64,000 nt of DNA, from positions 16,265 through 80,264 of the IMG/VR virus record IMGVR_UViG_3300047409_000726, one strand, 5' to 3'. The first letter of the stretch is position 1. The number at the start of each line of letters is the position of its first letter. The DNA comes from a virus. The position numbers were made by a program, and so were the translations under genes. Shown here in pieces: positions 38,009 through 48,442 of this stretch. Under the pieces are notes generated by a model that was given only the letters and a program-made list of their open reading frames with translations, was not told the DNA's origin and did not search any database.

Positions 38009-38249
38009 GACACGAGACGTTGGAAATCGAACGACAGGCGCGCGTCGAGGCCCTGTGTTGGGTTGCCGACGAGCTCGAGGCGCAGATCGAAGAGCTCCGG
38101 CAAGATTGGGTGAAGGTACTTCTCTCGGCCGGCGCTCGGAGTCGCATCAACGCACTCTCTGAGGTTGCCGCGATGTGCCGAAAAGCCGCCACGCGAAAAG
38201 GGAAGAAATAGACCGCTCTCGACGTAGCTTCTATAAGGAGAGATTCACC

Positions 38250-38909
38250 ATGAAACGGCTGCTTACCCTCATCGTTTTCTTGTCCGGCTGTTCCGGTGGC
38301 GATTTCACGTCGGGACTTTTCTATGGCGTCGATGCCCCCGATGCGGGTGAAGCGCACACCGACTCCGCCCCATTCCTGGCAGGGGGCGCATCAGGCAAAG
38401 GTGGCGCACCGGGGTCGGGCGGCGCTCCTGAGCTCGACGCAGGTCAAGGATCGGGCGGTTCGTCTCACGGTACCGGTGGTTCGTTTCAGGGAACAGGCGG
38501 ATCGTTTCAGACCGGGGGCGCACCAGGGACGGGTGGTGGTTCTGGTGGTACCCCAGGAACGGGCGGAGTGGTGAGTACTGGCGGTACGGTAGGAACCGGT
38601 GGCGCAAGTGTCGACGCCGGGTGCGCGCTCGTCACGCACACCAACGGCCTCGGACAGACGTGGCAGGACTGCGTTCCGCTTAGTACCTACGACAAGGCGC
38701 AGGCGACGAAAGCGTGCGAGGCGTGGTGCGCGGTCAACGGCGGCTGCGCGTGCCAAAACGGTACGTTGTGCAACGACAGTCACGAAAGAGTGTTCGTCTA
38801 CAGGAATACCTTTTTCATGTCGTGGCCGTGGCAAGGCACAAACGCAGGCGACGCAGTGCAATCGGGGGCCGGGTGCGATCCTTATTTGTTGATCGGCAAG
38901 TGGAACTAG
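38250..38909 (+). CDS. Lipoprotein with Gly-rich linker and Cys-rich domain
   Basis: Lipobox LSGC; GTGG repeats; HTNGLGQTWQDC. Confidence 0.75.
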   Translation: MKRLLTLIVFLSGCSGGDFTSGLFYGVDAPDAGEAHTDSAPFLAGGASGKGGAPGSGGAPELDAGQGSGGSSHGTGGSFQGTGGSFQTGGAPGTGGGSGGTPGTGGVVSTGGTVGTGGASVDAGCALVTHTNGLGQTWQDCVPLSTYDKAQATKACEAWCAVNGGCACQNGTLCNDSHERVFVYRNTFFMSWPWQGTNAGDAVQSGAGCDPYLLIGKWN

Positions 38910-39637
38910 GCGACGGACGCCGGATCGTCGTCGCCATCGTCGGGCTCTTGCACGGCGCGCCTCAGGTTCTCGGAAACGAGTGCGAGGACACGCGCCCGAT
39001 CGTCGTCGCTCGGACGGTAGCCGATTAGCGGGAGCGGTAAGAGCAATCGGTTTTGATCAAGCTCCGCAGGTTTGAATGATCCGCCTGGGCCGTTGGGTAC
39101 GAAAGGGCCCACGCGATGTTGGTGAATCGTCGCTGGCATGTTCCCTGGTGTTGCAGGTAGAGCATCACGATAATGGGCGCACCACAGTGGGCGATGAAGA
39201 ACCCACTCGGGCTTGCCGAGCATGCTCCAACCGCGTTGCGTGATGTACACGAGCGCTTCACCGTATTCGCTGACGAGTTTTTCGACGAACGCTTGGCAGC
39301 GGTCGGACCATGCCGGCGAGACTGCTTCCGGAGAGATCGGGTCGTCCTCGATGTCGAGCGCCGGCACGATGTCTCCTGTGCCGACGTTGGCCCCATCGGC
39401 GACACTTCGAAGCGCTTGGAGTTGATCCGTCCAGCTTTGGCTTGGGCGAAAAAATGTGTAGAGACCTACTTTTGCGCCGATGCCACGTGCACGGCTGATG
39501 TGCGCTTTCGCTCGGTTGTCGAGGACGACACCGAAACTCGCCCGTGCGATCACGAAGTCGACTCGGCCTTGAAACTCGGCCCACGGTAGGGCTGCCGGGT
39601 CTTGAAAATGGCTGAGATCGAGGCCGTACCCAATCAT
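38906..39637 (-). CDS. GH25 muramidase (lysin)
   Basis: GLDLSHFQ, GLYTFF, ALDIE, LWCAHY. Confidence 0.85.
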   Translation of the reverse strand: MIGYGLDLSHFQDPAALPWAEFQGRVDFVIARASFGVVLDNRAKAHISRARGIGAKVGLYTFFRPSQSWTDQLQALRSVADGANVGTGDIVPALDIEDDPISPEAVSPAWSDRCQAFVEKLVSEYGEALVYITQRGWSMLGKPEWVLHRPLWCAHYRDALPATPGNMPATIHQHRVGPFVPNGPGGSFKPAELDQNRLLLPLPLIGYRPSDDDRARVLALVSENLRRAVQEPDDGDDDPASVA

Positions 39638-39664
39638 GGTGAACGTATGGTAACATGCCTTTCA

Positions 39665-40075
39665 ATGGAGCTCGAGACCACGGGAACGCTCAGGACCGGT
39701 TTGGAGTTCGCGCCCAACACGTCCGAGGATTGCAAGAAACTCATCGGCAGGCTCCACACGCCCGCCTCGATTCTCGGCGCGTACAGGGCCGCGCGAGAGC
39801 AGTTCGGGACCAGTGACATCGTGCTCGCTGTGTCCGATCAGGTGGGCCACATCGAGTACATGACGCGGCGCACGTACTGTGAGCATCTGAAGCAACTCTT
39901 CGGAGATAAGGCTCAAGGGTTCAAGCTGTGGCACACGTCAGCGCAGACGCTCATGAAGCTCCCCCGAGAGTCGGAAGCGATGTGGTTCGTCGTGGACATA
40001 CGTGGCGCTGACTACCCGTCCATGTGCGTCATCTACGCGACACCGTACAAGGTCGAAGCCGCCGAGGCGAACTGA
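39665..40075 (+). CDS. Hypothetical protein
   Basis: 136-aa ORF with coding-like composition. Confidence 0.55.
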   Translation: MELETTGTLRTGLEFAPNTSEDCKKLIGRLHTPASILGAYRAAREQFGTSDIVLAVSDQVGHIEYMTRRTYCEHLKQLFGDKAQGFKLWHTSAQTLMKLPRESEAMWFVVDIRGADYPSMCVIYATPYKVEAAEAN

Positions 40076-40314
40076 TGAACTCGAAAACAGGTTTCTGGAG
40101 CGCGTTCGGCGCACTCGTCGGTGGAGCGGCAGGCGCCGCCGCAGGGTACTACGCGGCGCAGGCGCGCCCTGCGTTCCGCTACGCGGGCGCGCACCGCGGT
40201 CGCGGTCAAGAGCTCGAAGACGCGATGGTCGTCGGCGGTTCAGCAGGCGCGGTCGTCGGCGCGTTCATCGGCGGCGCGGTGTCTGCCGACGACGCACCTC
40301 AGCTTCCGAGGTAG
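40075..40314 (+). CDS. Small glycine-zipper membrane protein
   Basis: Two GxxxG-rich hydrophobic helices. Confidence 0.6.
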   Translation: MNSKTGFWSAFGALVGGAAGAAAGYYAAQARPAFRYAGAHRGRGQELEDAMVVGGSAGAVVGAFIGGAVSADDAPQLPR

Positions 40315-40777
40315 CGATGCTCATGCGGTTTCATTGGTGGTGCATGCGTTGGGCGGCGCACTACGACCGCTCAGGGTACTCGCTCCGATCGTGGGCTTTC
40401 GATTGGATCGGTGGTCGCGCGGCAGATCTCCACGCGGCGCTCAGTTTCTCGTTCGATGAGCACTAAGGCTTGGGCTTCGGTTTCGAGTTTTCGATGTCCT
40501 TAGCGGTGGGCGTCTCGAACGGTGTCGGCTCGTTGTCCCGTTGTTTGAGCATGACCTCGAGCACGAGCCCCGGCACGTACTGATTCAAGAGCTCCTCGAG
40601 CTTTCGGCGCGTCGCGTGTATGTCGACACGAGATTCGGCGAGTTGTTGGATCGATTCGTCTTGTTCGAGAAGAAGCGAGTACACCTCGACGAGCACCCTC
40701 TTGGGGATGAGCACCATCTCCGAGGAAAGCGTGCGCGGTCCTGGTGTTGTTGGACGAGAACCGGAGTCGCTCATCGC

Positions 40778-41104
40778 TCATCTCCTGAATCTTGGCGGCG
40801 TGCTTTGGCCGTCAACGTAGGCTCGGAGCCGATCGTCTTCCTCTTTCCGGCGACGTTTTTTCTCTTCCTCGAATTGCTCGAGGATGTCCTTCCGCCGGTT
40901 TCTGATGTCGGTTTTTTCTTCCCACTCCTGAGGATCATCTTGTGGGCTGCGCTTCACCTCTGCCGCCCACCGGTCGATCCAGTCCTTGCGTTCGACTTCA
41001 ACGGCGCGGAGCTTTGCCCAAAGCGCGGTGATGATCGCGGCGACGGCGCTCCCTAGCGCGACTAGTGCTGCCCACGGTATGTTGACAGCGCTCATTTGTG
41101 CCAC
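40778..41104 (-). CDS. Single-TM protein with charged tail (holin-like)
   Basis: N-terminal TM, located near the lysin. Confidence 0.4.
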   Translation of the reverse strand: MAQMSAVNIPWAALVALGSAVAAIITALWAKLRAVEVERKDWIDRWAAEVKRSPQDDPQEWEEKTDIRNRRKDILEQFEEEKKRRRKEEDDRLRAYVDGQSTPPRFRR

Positions 41105-41151
41105 AAATTAGCACGTCTGCCCGAAATCTGCGCCGGCTACCCCATGAGGTA

Positions 41152-41904
41152 TCAGGTAGGTGCCGGTTCCGGCACTTTTGGCCGCGGTGCGTAATAGACG
41201 ATGAGCACGCCGCCCACGACGACCGCTGCGACAGTCGCAACGATGGCAACGGTGCGTGCTGTGCTCGGGATCGCTTTCGCCGCGTCGGTGAGTCCCTTGG
41301 CCGTCGCGTCCGCGATGTCTCGAGCTTCGCCGAGTAGTGAGCTCGCCGAGTAGCCGATGAGCTGTATGACGCCCTTCGTCGCGATGTAGGCGCCTTCGAT
41401 GCGAGCGCGAAGTTGTGCTTGCGCGCTGAATGACGGTACGTCCGGGAGTACGGGTGGGTTCAGGCGCCAAGACTTGTGAAGATCGAGGAGTTCCTTCGTG
41501 TAGATCCCACCGACGCGCATGACGGTGTTCTGGTGCGACTCGAGCATCGAAGCGGCGCCCGCGACGATGTCGGCGCTCGACTTGTCCTTCCAGGCGTTCC
41601 ATTGCGTCAAGATCCCACCGGGATCGGTAGGGCTCACACGTGCGCGAGAGAGTGAGAGCGTGACGCAGAACCCTGTTGGATCGTCCTTCACTGCTGCGGC
41701 CGTGAAGATCCCGGGTGGGCACTTCTGCGCTTCCGGTTGTCTCTCGAGAAGCTCGTTCAGGTCTCGCCAGAGCTCGAGATGCGCGCCGATGAACGGCTCC
41801 CACTCTTGACGGTACGCGAGCAAGTCTCCGACGTCGCCGAGCGCGAAGGGCGGCGCGCCGAACCCGACCACGCGGTGTGATCCGAAGAAGAGTGTTTCGT
41901 TCAT
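41152..41904 (-). CDS. C-terminally anchored membrane protein
   Basis: TM VAIVATVAAVVVGGVLIVYY followed by APRPK. Confidence 0.6.
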   Translation of the reverse strand: MNETLFFGSHRVVGFGAPPFALGDVGDLLAYRQEWEPFIGAHLELWRDLNELLERQPEAQKCPPGIFTAAAVKDDPTGFCVTLSLSRARVSPTDPGGILTQWNAWKDKSSADIVAGAASMLESHQNTVMRVGGIYTKELLDLHKSWRLNPPVLPDVPSFSAQAQLRARIEGAYIATKGVIQLIGYSASSLLGEARDIADATAKGLTDAAKAIPSTARTVAIVATVAAVVVGGVLIVYYAPRPKVPEPAPT

Positions 41905-42339
41905 GGGAATGAAGCCGTTGTTACGGCGTAGGTTGGGTATGTAGGTTGCGGACTTGGATCTACAGGCTTGAATATGCCCGTTCCCGAGCGCTGACCGAGT
42001 ACGATGAAAACAGGTACCCCGATAGCGGCCCCCGTAACCGATCCGATCAGAGCCCCGCGTATGTGTTTGTTCTTTCCGGATGCCAGCGCACCAATCGTCG
42101 CTCCGACGACTAACCCAAGCGACGCGCCGCCCATCGCGTAAACCGAAGTCCAACGATCCGTCATCGTCGACGCTTCCTTTTTCGTACGGCGCGAGCAGCT
42201 TCTTCTATGACCCAACCCGTCGCCGCGCTGATCACGCTGGTCGCGACTGCGAACACCCAAGGCGACGGAGCGCGAACGACCGGCGCCGCGACGGTCGGCT
42301 CGCCGAGCCCGGAGATGGCTCTTCCGTTGTGGTAGATCG

Positions 42340-42753
42340 TCATTTGCCCCACGTTGCCAGCGTTGCCACAGTTCCGACGACGAGGCTCACGACCGTGAAC
42401 ACGCCGACTGCTTTATCGAGCTTGGTTGTCGTGGGCGGTGTGATCGTTCCGGCACCTTCGGGAGCGTCGTCCGGTAAGTAGATACCGCTCGTGCGGAAAC
42501 ATCCTTGCACGAAATTTCCTTGCGCGTCGCGGCTCCAAGCGCGCGGCTCGACACGAATGAGCGTCGTCACGCCGGGAAGCGGATAGCTTTCGGTGACGCC
42601 GAGCGGGATGTTCGTGTCGGCGGCGAGAGCGGCGGCTCGTTTTGAAAGTCCGTCAGGGATCGGACCCTCGGCGTCGGTCCACGATCTCCAGCCGTCAGGT
42701 GGCGCCACGTGCGAGCATTGCGCCGCGAGCTCGGGGCCAGCGCCAAATTGCAT
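42340..42753 (-). CDS. C-terminally anchored membrane protein
   Basis: C-terminal TM; first of four coupled minus-strand membrane genes. Confidence 0.55.
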   Translation of the reverse strand: MQFGAGPELAAQCSHVAPPDGWRSWTDAEGPIPDGLSKRAAALAADTNIPLGVTESYPLPGVTTLIRVEPRAWSRDAQGNFVQGCFRTSGIYLPDDAPEGAGTITPPTTTKLDKAVGVFTVVSLVVGTVATLATWGK

Positions 42754-42838
42754 CGCCCCTCAGTCTACGTGCGTCGTCTTGACACGTCTAGGCGGCTCGG
42801 TGCAGTATACCAAAAGTCTACCGAAAGGTGTCCCAACG

Positions 42839-43015
42839 GTGCACGTAGCGACGAAGACCAAGCGTGCGGTCGTCAAACTGACTCCTGAGCAATATCGAGC
42901 TATTGAGCAACGCGCAGCGCGGTGCGGGGTGCGCATGACGGCGTGGATGAGATCGATATTGCTACAGGCCGCAGCCGGCAAACGGATTCGAGAACCGAGT
43001 GGAGCGCTCATATGA
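42839..43015 (+). CDS. Ribbon-helix-helix protein
   Basis: VVKLTPEQYRAIEQRAARCGVRMTAWMR. Confidence 0.6.
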   Translation: MHVATKTKRAVVKLTPEQYRAIEQRAARCGVRMTAWMRSILLQAAAGKRIREPSGALI

Positions 43016-43620
43016 TCTGGCAAATCATCGGCATCATTTCGGTCATCGTCATAGGGCTTGCGTGGGCGCACGCCGAGCGCCGCGCTCGTCGAGCCGAGGC
43101 TCGAGTGCGTCAACTCACCGCACCGAAACCGAGTCCGGCTCAGGCGAAAATGATGGGTCTCGAGAGCCCCGGCGATCAGAAGGTACCGATCACGGTACGA
43201 GATTGGGATGCGCTGAAGCGCGCTCTTTGGCGTTCGAAGATCGTCCTCGAGATTGCCGAACGTCAGGCGAGCGTCATCCTCGAGCAGTGCTCGCACATGC
43301 CCCTCTGTCCTGGCAAGACGAGCGAAACCGAGCCGTGTTTCAAGGGCTGCGTCGATCGTGAGAAACGCTTGAGCGCGTGTGTCATTCTGGCTGCCGCAAG
43401 ACAATTGACCGCAGCCGTCAATGCCCGCAAGCCCCCGGACGGCCCGTACTACGCGCCGACCCGCGAGTATTTCAGCGAGACGTTGTCGGCCCTTGCGGCA
43501 GCGCAGGTGGAGATCGAGATCCTGCGGGCGGCCTTGCGAGGAGAGGGTGTTGACTCGCTAGACATCGCGCTTACATTGAACCCGCCATCGACGCCGGCAC
43601 AACTCGAGGAGCCCAAGTGA
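43012..43620 (+). CDS. N-terminally anchored membrane protein
   Basis: N-terminal TM; Cys cluster. Confidence 0.55.
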   Translation: MIWQIIGIISVIVIGLAWAHAERRARRAEARVRQLTAPKPSPAQAKMMGLESPGDQKVPITVRDWDALKRALWRSKIVLEIAERQASVILEQCSHMPLCPGKTSETEPCFKGCVDREKRLSACVILAAARQLTAAVNARKPPDGPYYAPTREYFSETLSALAAAQVEIEILRAALRGEGVDSLDIALTLNPPSTPAQLEEPK

Positions 43621-44000
43621 AATTCATTCCCAGAAACGACCACATCGTCGGCCGCATGATGATCAAGCGGTCGGACTCGACGATCATTCTGAACGACGCA
43701 ACGAAGGTCACGAAGTACGTGTTCGTCGACGCCGTCGGTCCCGGCGCCGCAGAGAAGGGGATCAAGGTGGGCGACGTCGTGGTGATCACGAAGCTCATGA
43801 GCATCGTGCAAGACGCCGGGCGAGTTTACATTCCGTTCTGTGAAGAGAAAGACGTGGCGCTCTTCGCGACGGACGTGGACATCGAGAAAGATCTCTTGAT
43901 ACAAGTCCCGAGCGGTAGAGAGTTCGTTGCGTTCGATCACGACCAGGCGATGCAGTCGGTCGGCGTTGACCCGGCGGTGCGCGAAGATAAGGCGGCGTGA
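43617..44000 (+). CDS. GroES-like co-chaperonin
   Basis: KFIPRNDHIV, AVGPG, IKVGDVV, EKDV. Confidence 0.62.
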   Translation: MKFIPRNDHIVGRMMIKRSDSTIILNDATKVTKYVFVDAVGPGAAEKGIKVGDVVVITKLMSIVQDAGRVYIPFCEEKDVALFATDVDIEKDLLIQVPSGREFVAFDHDQAMQSVGVDPAVREDKAA

Positions 44001-44623
44001 TGCAAGGCAACCCCTTGCTGCGAGATGGTTGCGCGTGCCGCGCCCCGACGACGCGTACGCGCCGTAACCCGTTCTTGCGTTCGGGGCGTGTGCTCGGAGC
44101 TTCGCGTCGTGGGCGCTCCGTAGAGCCGGTCGAGCTCGAGGGGCGCGAGCCCGGTTCGTCGTGCAGACCGTTCCTCATCGTCCAAAAGGATCCGGAGCGG
44201 TTCGCGGCGTGCAACGCGCTCGCCGACGAGATCGGCGAGCTCAACGATCCGAAGAAGGTGTTCAGGTTTCTCGAGGGCTACTTGAGCAATTCGCCCAACG
44301 AGGTCTTCGGCGTTTTGACGCTCGACCTTCATGGGCGCATGAAGGGATACGCGGAAACAGGACGCGGTGAGGCGTCGAGCGTGATGGCGCCCGTGCTTCC
44401 TACGCTCCGAGCGGCAGTACTCGGCGGCGGAGAGGGCGCGATCATTTTCCACTGTCACCCTTCCGGGATCGAAGCCGAACCAAGCGGCGCGGACAAGGAC
44501 ACGACGAAGGCGTTCGCCGACGCATTCGAATCGATCAGCATGCCGCTCATCGATCACATCATCGTCGGGGGCGACGCTCGAAGGCGCAGCTACTACTCGT
44601 TCGCAGAGGACGGAAAGCTATAA
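43997..44623 (+). CDS. RadC-like JAB domain protein
   Basis: EVF, HCHPSG, EPSGAD, LIDHIIVG. Confidence 0.85.
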   Translation: MMQGNPLLRDGCACRAPTTRTRRNPFLRSGRVLGASRRGRSVEPVELEGREPGSSCRPFLIVQKDPERFAACNALADEIGELNDPKKVFRFLEGYLSNSPNEVFGVLTLDLHGRMKGYAETGRGEASSVMAPVLPTLRAAVLGGGEGAIIFHCHPSGIEAEPSGADKDTTKAFADAFESISMPLIDHIIVGGDARRRSYYSFAEDGKL

Positions 44624-44627
44624 ACAG

Positions 44628-45095
44628 ATGGCACGAGAAGAGACGATTCAGCAGTACATCGATCGGTCGGTGCCGCCCGATCCGCAGTTCCCGCGCCTCA
44701 GTCGCGTAGGCTCCATTTCACCGGTCGGCAAAGCAGAAGTGGTGCAGTGGATTTTGCACCACGACCACCCGCTTTCGCCCGGGTTCGTTGTCATGCGCAT
44801 GTACCGCCGCCTCACCGGTATCAAGATCTACTCCGTGAGCACCAGCGGAGAGATGGGGCTCTTGAATTTTCTACCGATCGCTCAGGTGAGCCTCACCGAA
44901 GAGATCATGGGGCCGCCGATATTGCTCGCAGAGATCGCTGCCTGCGAGGCGGGCGAGGACGACAAGGAAGAGATCGACGACCCAGAAGAACCGGAAGGCG
45001 AAGACGATCCGGAAGACGGTGAAAAGGTCGATCGTCCAACACCCGCGCCTCAAGCCTCACCGCCCGCCACCTCGAACGGCCCGGCCGCATCCTGA
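44628..45095 (+). CDS. Hypothetical protein with acidic tail
   Basis: 155-aa ORF within an operon. Confidence 0.55.
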   Translation: MAREETIQQYIDRSVPPDPQFPRLSRVGSISPVGKAEVVQWILHHDHPLSPGFVVMRMYRRLTGIKIYSVSTSGEMGLLNFLPIAQVSLTEEIMGPPILLAEIAACEAGEDDKEEIDDPEEPEGEDDPEDGEKVDRPTPAPQASPPATSNGPAAS

Positions 45096-45101
45096 GTCGC
45101 G

Positions 45102-46718
45102 ATGACCACGAAGAAGAGAGAGGATCGCGAGGGGAGGAACGCGCTGAACGTTCCGGCGCAAGAGGACGAGGCGGACATCGTCGACGAGGTGCGTGCCGAA
45201 CAAGACGAAGAGACCGGTGAGCTCTCGGCAGACGCGGAACGAGTTCGCGAAGCAGGCGCGCTCGATCCTGCGAGTGTGCGTCAGAATCGCCACATAAATC
45301 GTGTCGCGGACAAGAAGCGCAAAGGCGAGAAGGTCTCGTTCGGCATCGACGATCCGATCGTGCTCTACGAAGCGCTCAACAAGGTGTGGCCTAACGACAA
45401 GGTGAACGTGCACGCACAGAATCTGGTTACCAGAGAGGTGCACATCATCCGAAGTCACCCTCGATCAGGCGCTGATCTCTACGAACTTCTGAGGGCGATT
45501 CACGGGCCGCGCGAAGCGCAAGAGTACAAAATCGAATTTCGGAGCGCGTCTCGTCAGGAGTATCTCGGCATTGCGCGCCTCACGATGCCCGACGCCAGGC
45601 CATCGGGGCAACAGGGGCAACCGTCGTACTACCAGCCGCCTCCTCAATACTCGCCGCAATCGCCAGCCGCGCAGGCGGCGCCTGTGCCTCAACCAACTCC
45701 GACGTTCGTTATGCCTCCCCCCGGAGGCGATCCGATGGCGATGGTTGGGCAGGTGTTCGACCTATTCCAACGCTTTCAGGCGCAGATGGCGCCGCAAGCC
45801 CAACCGCAGCAACACCCCAACGTGCCCAACGTGTTGCCGCCGCCGCCTCAGACATCCGATCCCGCGGCGATGATGAATTGGATGCAGCAGGCTTTCGGGA
45901 TTTTCCAGCAGATGCAATTGGCCGCCAGAGGTCAGCCGCAGCCGCAGGCGCAACCTCAGGCGGCGCCACCGAGCGGTGCTCCGATGGGCATGCCGCCGTT
46001 CCAACCGCCCCCGGGCACAACGTGGGTGTACGTACCGAATGCGGGATGGGTTGCGCAAGCGCTCGGCGTCGGTGTCGGCAGCAGTGGCGCCCCGCCGCAA
46101 CGAAGTCCGTTCCAGCGTCCGGCTTACTACCCGCAGGGCGATCCCAACGGCGGCGCCCCGCCGCAAGATCCTCGCTATCCACCGTACGGACAGCGCGTCG
46201 CGCCCGAGCGATCACCGATACAGGCGTTTCGAGAATCCGTTTCCATGATGCGCGACGCGCGCAACGTCGCCCAAGAGTTCAGTGACATCTTCGGTGGGGG
46301 CGGCGGGCCGGAACCTCCCGAAGTCGCCGAGGACGACGATGACAGCCCCATCAAGATCATCGAGACAGGGCACGGGAAACTCGCTGTCAACAGAAGCGAC
46401 GGCGCGCTTCGTTGGGCCGAGACGGGACTCATGCTCCTCCCCGACGTGTTCAAGTGGATAGGCGAGCAGCACGACAAGATTCAGACGGCGCAACGTCAAA
46501 AACAGCAGCCGGCGCCACCGAGACGAGTGTTGGCGCCTGGTTACGTCGAAGTCGATCAGAACTACGTACCGCCAAAAGGTTACGTCGCTGTGCCCATCGA
46601 AGCTACGCAAGACGAGCTGCCGGAGCCGCCCCCGAACGTGCCGCCTGCGATCGACGAACAAGAGGAAGAGCAGCAGCGCCCGGCTTGGGGCGCTCCGGTG
46701 ATTCCGCAGAACGGCTAA
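45102..46718 (+). CDS. Pro/Gln-rich protein
   Basis: 538-aa ORF with repeated DPxAM...Q.F..FQ segments. Confidence 0.7.
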   Translation: MTTKKREDREGRNALNVPAQEDEADIVDEVRAEQDEETGELSADAERVREAGALDPASVRQNRHINRVADKKRKGEKVSFGIDDPIVLYEALNKVWPNDKVNVHAQNLVTREVHIIRSHPRSGADLYELLRAIHGPREAQEYKIEFRSASRQEYLGIARLTMPDARPSGQQGQPSYYQPPPQYSPQSPAAQAAPVPQPTPTFVMPPPGGDPMAMVGQVFDLFQRFQAQMAPQAQPQQHPNVPNVLPPPPQTSDPAAMMNWMQQAFGIFQQMQLAARGQPQPQAQPQAAPPSGAPMGMPPFQPPPGTTWVYVPNAGWVAQALGVGVGSSGAPPQRSPFQRPAYYPQGDPNGGAPPQDPRYPPYGQRVAPERSPIQAFRESVSMMRDARNVAQEFSDIFGGGGGPEPPEVAEDDDDSPIKIIETGHGKLAVNRSDGALRWAETGLMLLPDVFKWIGEQHDKIQTAQRQKQQPAPPRRVLAPGYVEVDQNYVPPKGYVAVPIEATQDELPEPPPNVPPAIDEQEEEQQRPAWGAPVIPQNG

Positions 46719-46976
46719 GCGCGTGCGTTATCGTATCCTGATGAGCATCGAAGTTCGGGCGGCAGACGAGCGCCAAGCTCGAGAGCACGCGAAGAAACTC
46801 GGAGAGCTGCTCAAGTCGCCGCTCGTCAAAATGGCCGTCGAAGGAGAGGGCGTCGAGCTCGCAAACGGCGGAAGCCCCATCGTCTACCAGCCCAAAACAC
46901 CGTCGTTTTTCGGGCTTCCCTAGACGAATACCGATCGTGCATCAGCCGCGACGCGAATTCGTGTAATCTTCTTGGT

Positions 46977-47627
46977 GTGCGCGTCATAGACCTCACTGGG
47001 CAACGGTTCGGGAGACTTCGCGTTCTCGGGCGAGTCGGTAGTCTACGAGGCGCGTTGTGGGAATGTTTATGCGATCCGGAATTTGGTGGTTGCGGCAACG
47101 TTACGCACGTTTGTTCCGGTGACCTTCGACGCAAACGTCCTGTGCGTTCGTGCGGTTGCAATAGAGGAGGGTACGGAAGATTTTCCGCCACTCATGGGCA
47201 TACGGTGGGAGAGCTTCGACTACACGGCGGATCTCCTGAGTATTGTTGTTGGCAATCGATGCTCCAACGGTGCAAAAACAAAAAAGCCCCAAGCTGGCGG
47301 CTGTACGGAGGGCGCGGTATTCGTGTTCACCAGGCTTGGATAGAAAGTTTTGAAGCGTTCTTGGAGTACATGGGCCCGAGACCGTCGATCGCATATTCTG
47401 TAGATCGGTTTCCGAACCAGAACGGAAACTACGAACCAGGGAACGTGAGATGGGCTACCGCGAAGCAGCAAGGGCGCAATACACGCTCTTGCAAACTAAC
47501 CGAAACGGACGCGGCTTTCGTTCGGCACTGGTGTGCTAGAGGATTCAGGGTCAAAGACATATCTGAAGCGTTCGGCGTTACCACGTCAACCATATCTGCG
47601 GTCAAATCTGGGAAAACTTGGGCATGA
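46977..47627 (+). CDS. HNH-type homing endonuclease-like protein
   Basis: DLTGQRFGRL, YGGRGI, SVDR...GNYEPGNVRWAT; lower GC. Confidence 0.85.
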   Translation: MRVIDLTGQRFGRLRVLGRVGSLRGALWECLCDPEFGGCGNVTHVCSGDLRRKRPVRSCGCNRGGYGRFSATHGHTVGELRLHGGSPEYCCWQSMLQRCKNKKAPSWRLYGGRGIRVHQAWIESFEAFLEYMGPRPSIAYSVDRFPNQNGNYEPGNVRWATAKQQGRNTRSCKLTETDAAFVRHWCARGFRVKDISEAFGVTTSTISAVKSGKTWA

Positions 47628-48442
47628 AAACCCATACTGTTCAAGCAAATGAAACACCCGCGTCGATTGCAATTTTTTACGCCGGGTGCCCAAAATGTTC
47701 AGCGGATCTCATCAAATCGAATCCGCACAAAGAGTCGATCACGCACCCCAACGGGTACAAAACCTTCTCGTCGTTGTTAGCCGGAGAAAAACTGAACCTT
47801 CCGGAAAAATGGAGCAACGGAGAGTTAGATCGTCGTCCGCCGGTGTACTTCGCGGCATTGCCGTACCACGACGGCGTGACACCTTCGACGCTCGGTGATG
47901 CCGCGGCTGGTGTACTCGCCGACTACGCGACCATCGACGCGATCGTCGCTCAGATCGGTGCACTGCCGCAGATGAACGATCAGGAGTTCGCGACGACCGC
48001 GACGCTCCTCGGCAACATGATCGATCAAGCGGTCACGCAAGCTGGCTCGGTACCTCAAGCACAAGACGCTGGTGCCGCCGCAGAATGGGTGCGAGGACGC
48101 GCGCTCCAGATGGCAGGATCAATCATCAACAACGACACGGCTGCCGTCGCCGAAGCACGATCAGAGATCCAGAACGTGCTGCTCACCGGGCTGGACAATG
48201 CGCGCGGAGCGCTTCAAACGTACTACGCGCAGGTCACTCCGGCGCCTGCGCCAGCGCCGACACCGCATGCGGCGCCGCGTCCGTCGCCGCCGGATCTGCT
48301 TCCGACGCCAACGCCGCCGGCTCCTACGCCCGAACCTGGCCTCAGCACAGGCGATATGTTCGGGTACGGATTGCTCGTTGCGAGCGTCGCGGGCGGAACG
48401 ATCTACCTTGCCACTCGTCCGAGGCGTCGGAGACGTCGATGA
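47624..48442 (+). CDS. LysM-like protein with C-terminal TM and Arg tail
   Basis: HTVQANETPASIA...LIKSNP...GEKLNLP; YLATRPRRRRRR. Confidence 0.7.
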   Translation: MKTHTVQANETPASIAIFYAGCPKCSADLIKSNPHKESITHPNGYKTFSSLLAGEKLNLPEKWSNGELDRRPPVYFAALPYHDGVTPSTLGDAAAGVLADYATIDAIVAQIGALPQMNDQEFATTATLLGNMIDQAVTQAGSVPQAQDAGAAAEWVRGRALQMAGSIINNDTAAVAEARSEIQNVLLTGLDNARGALQTYYAQVTPAPAPAPTPHAAPRPSPPDLLPTPTPPAPTPEPGLSTGDMFGYGLLVASVAGGTIYLATRPRRRRRR

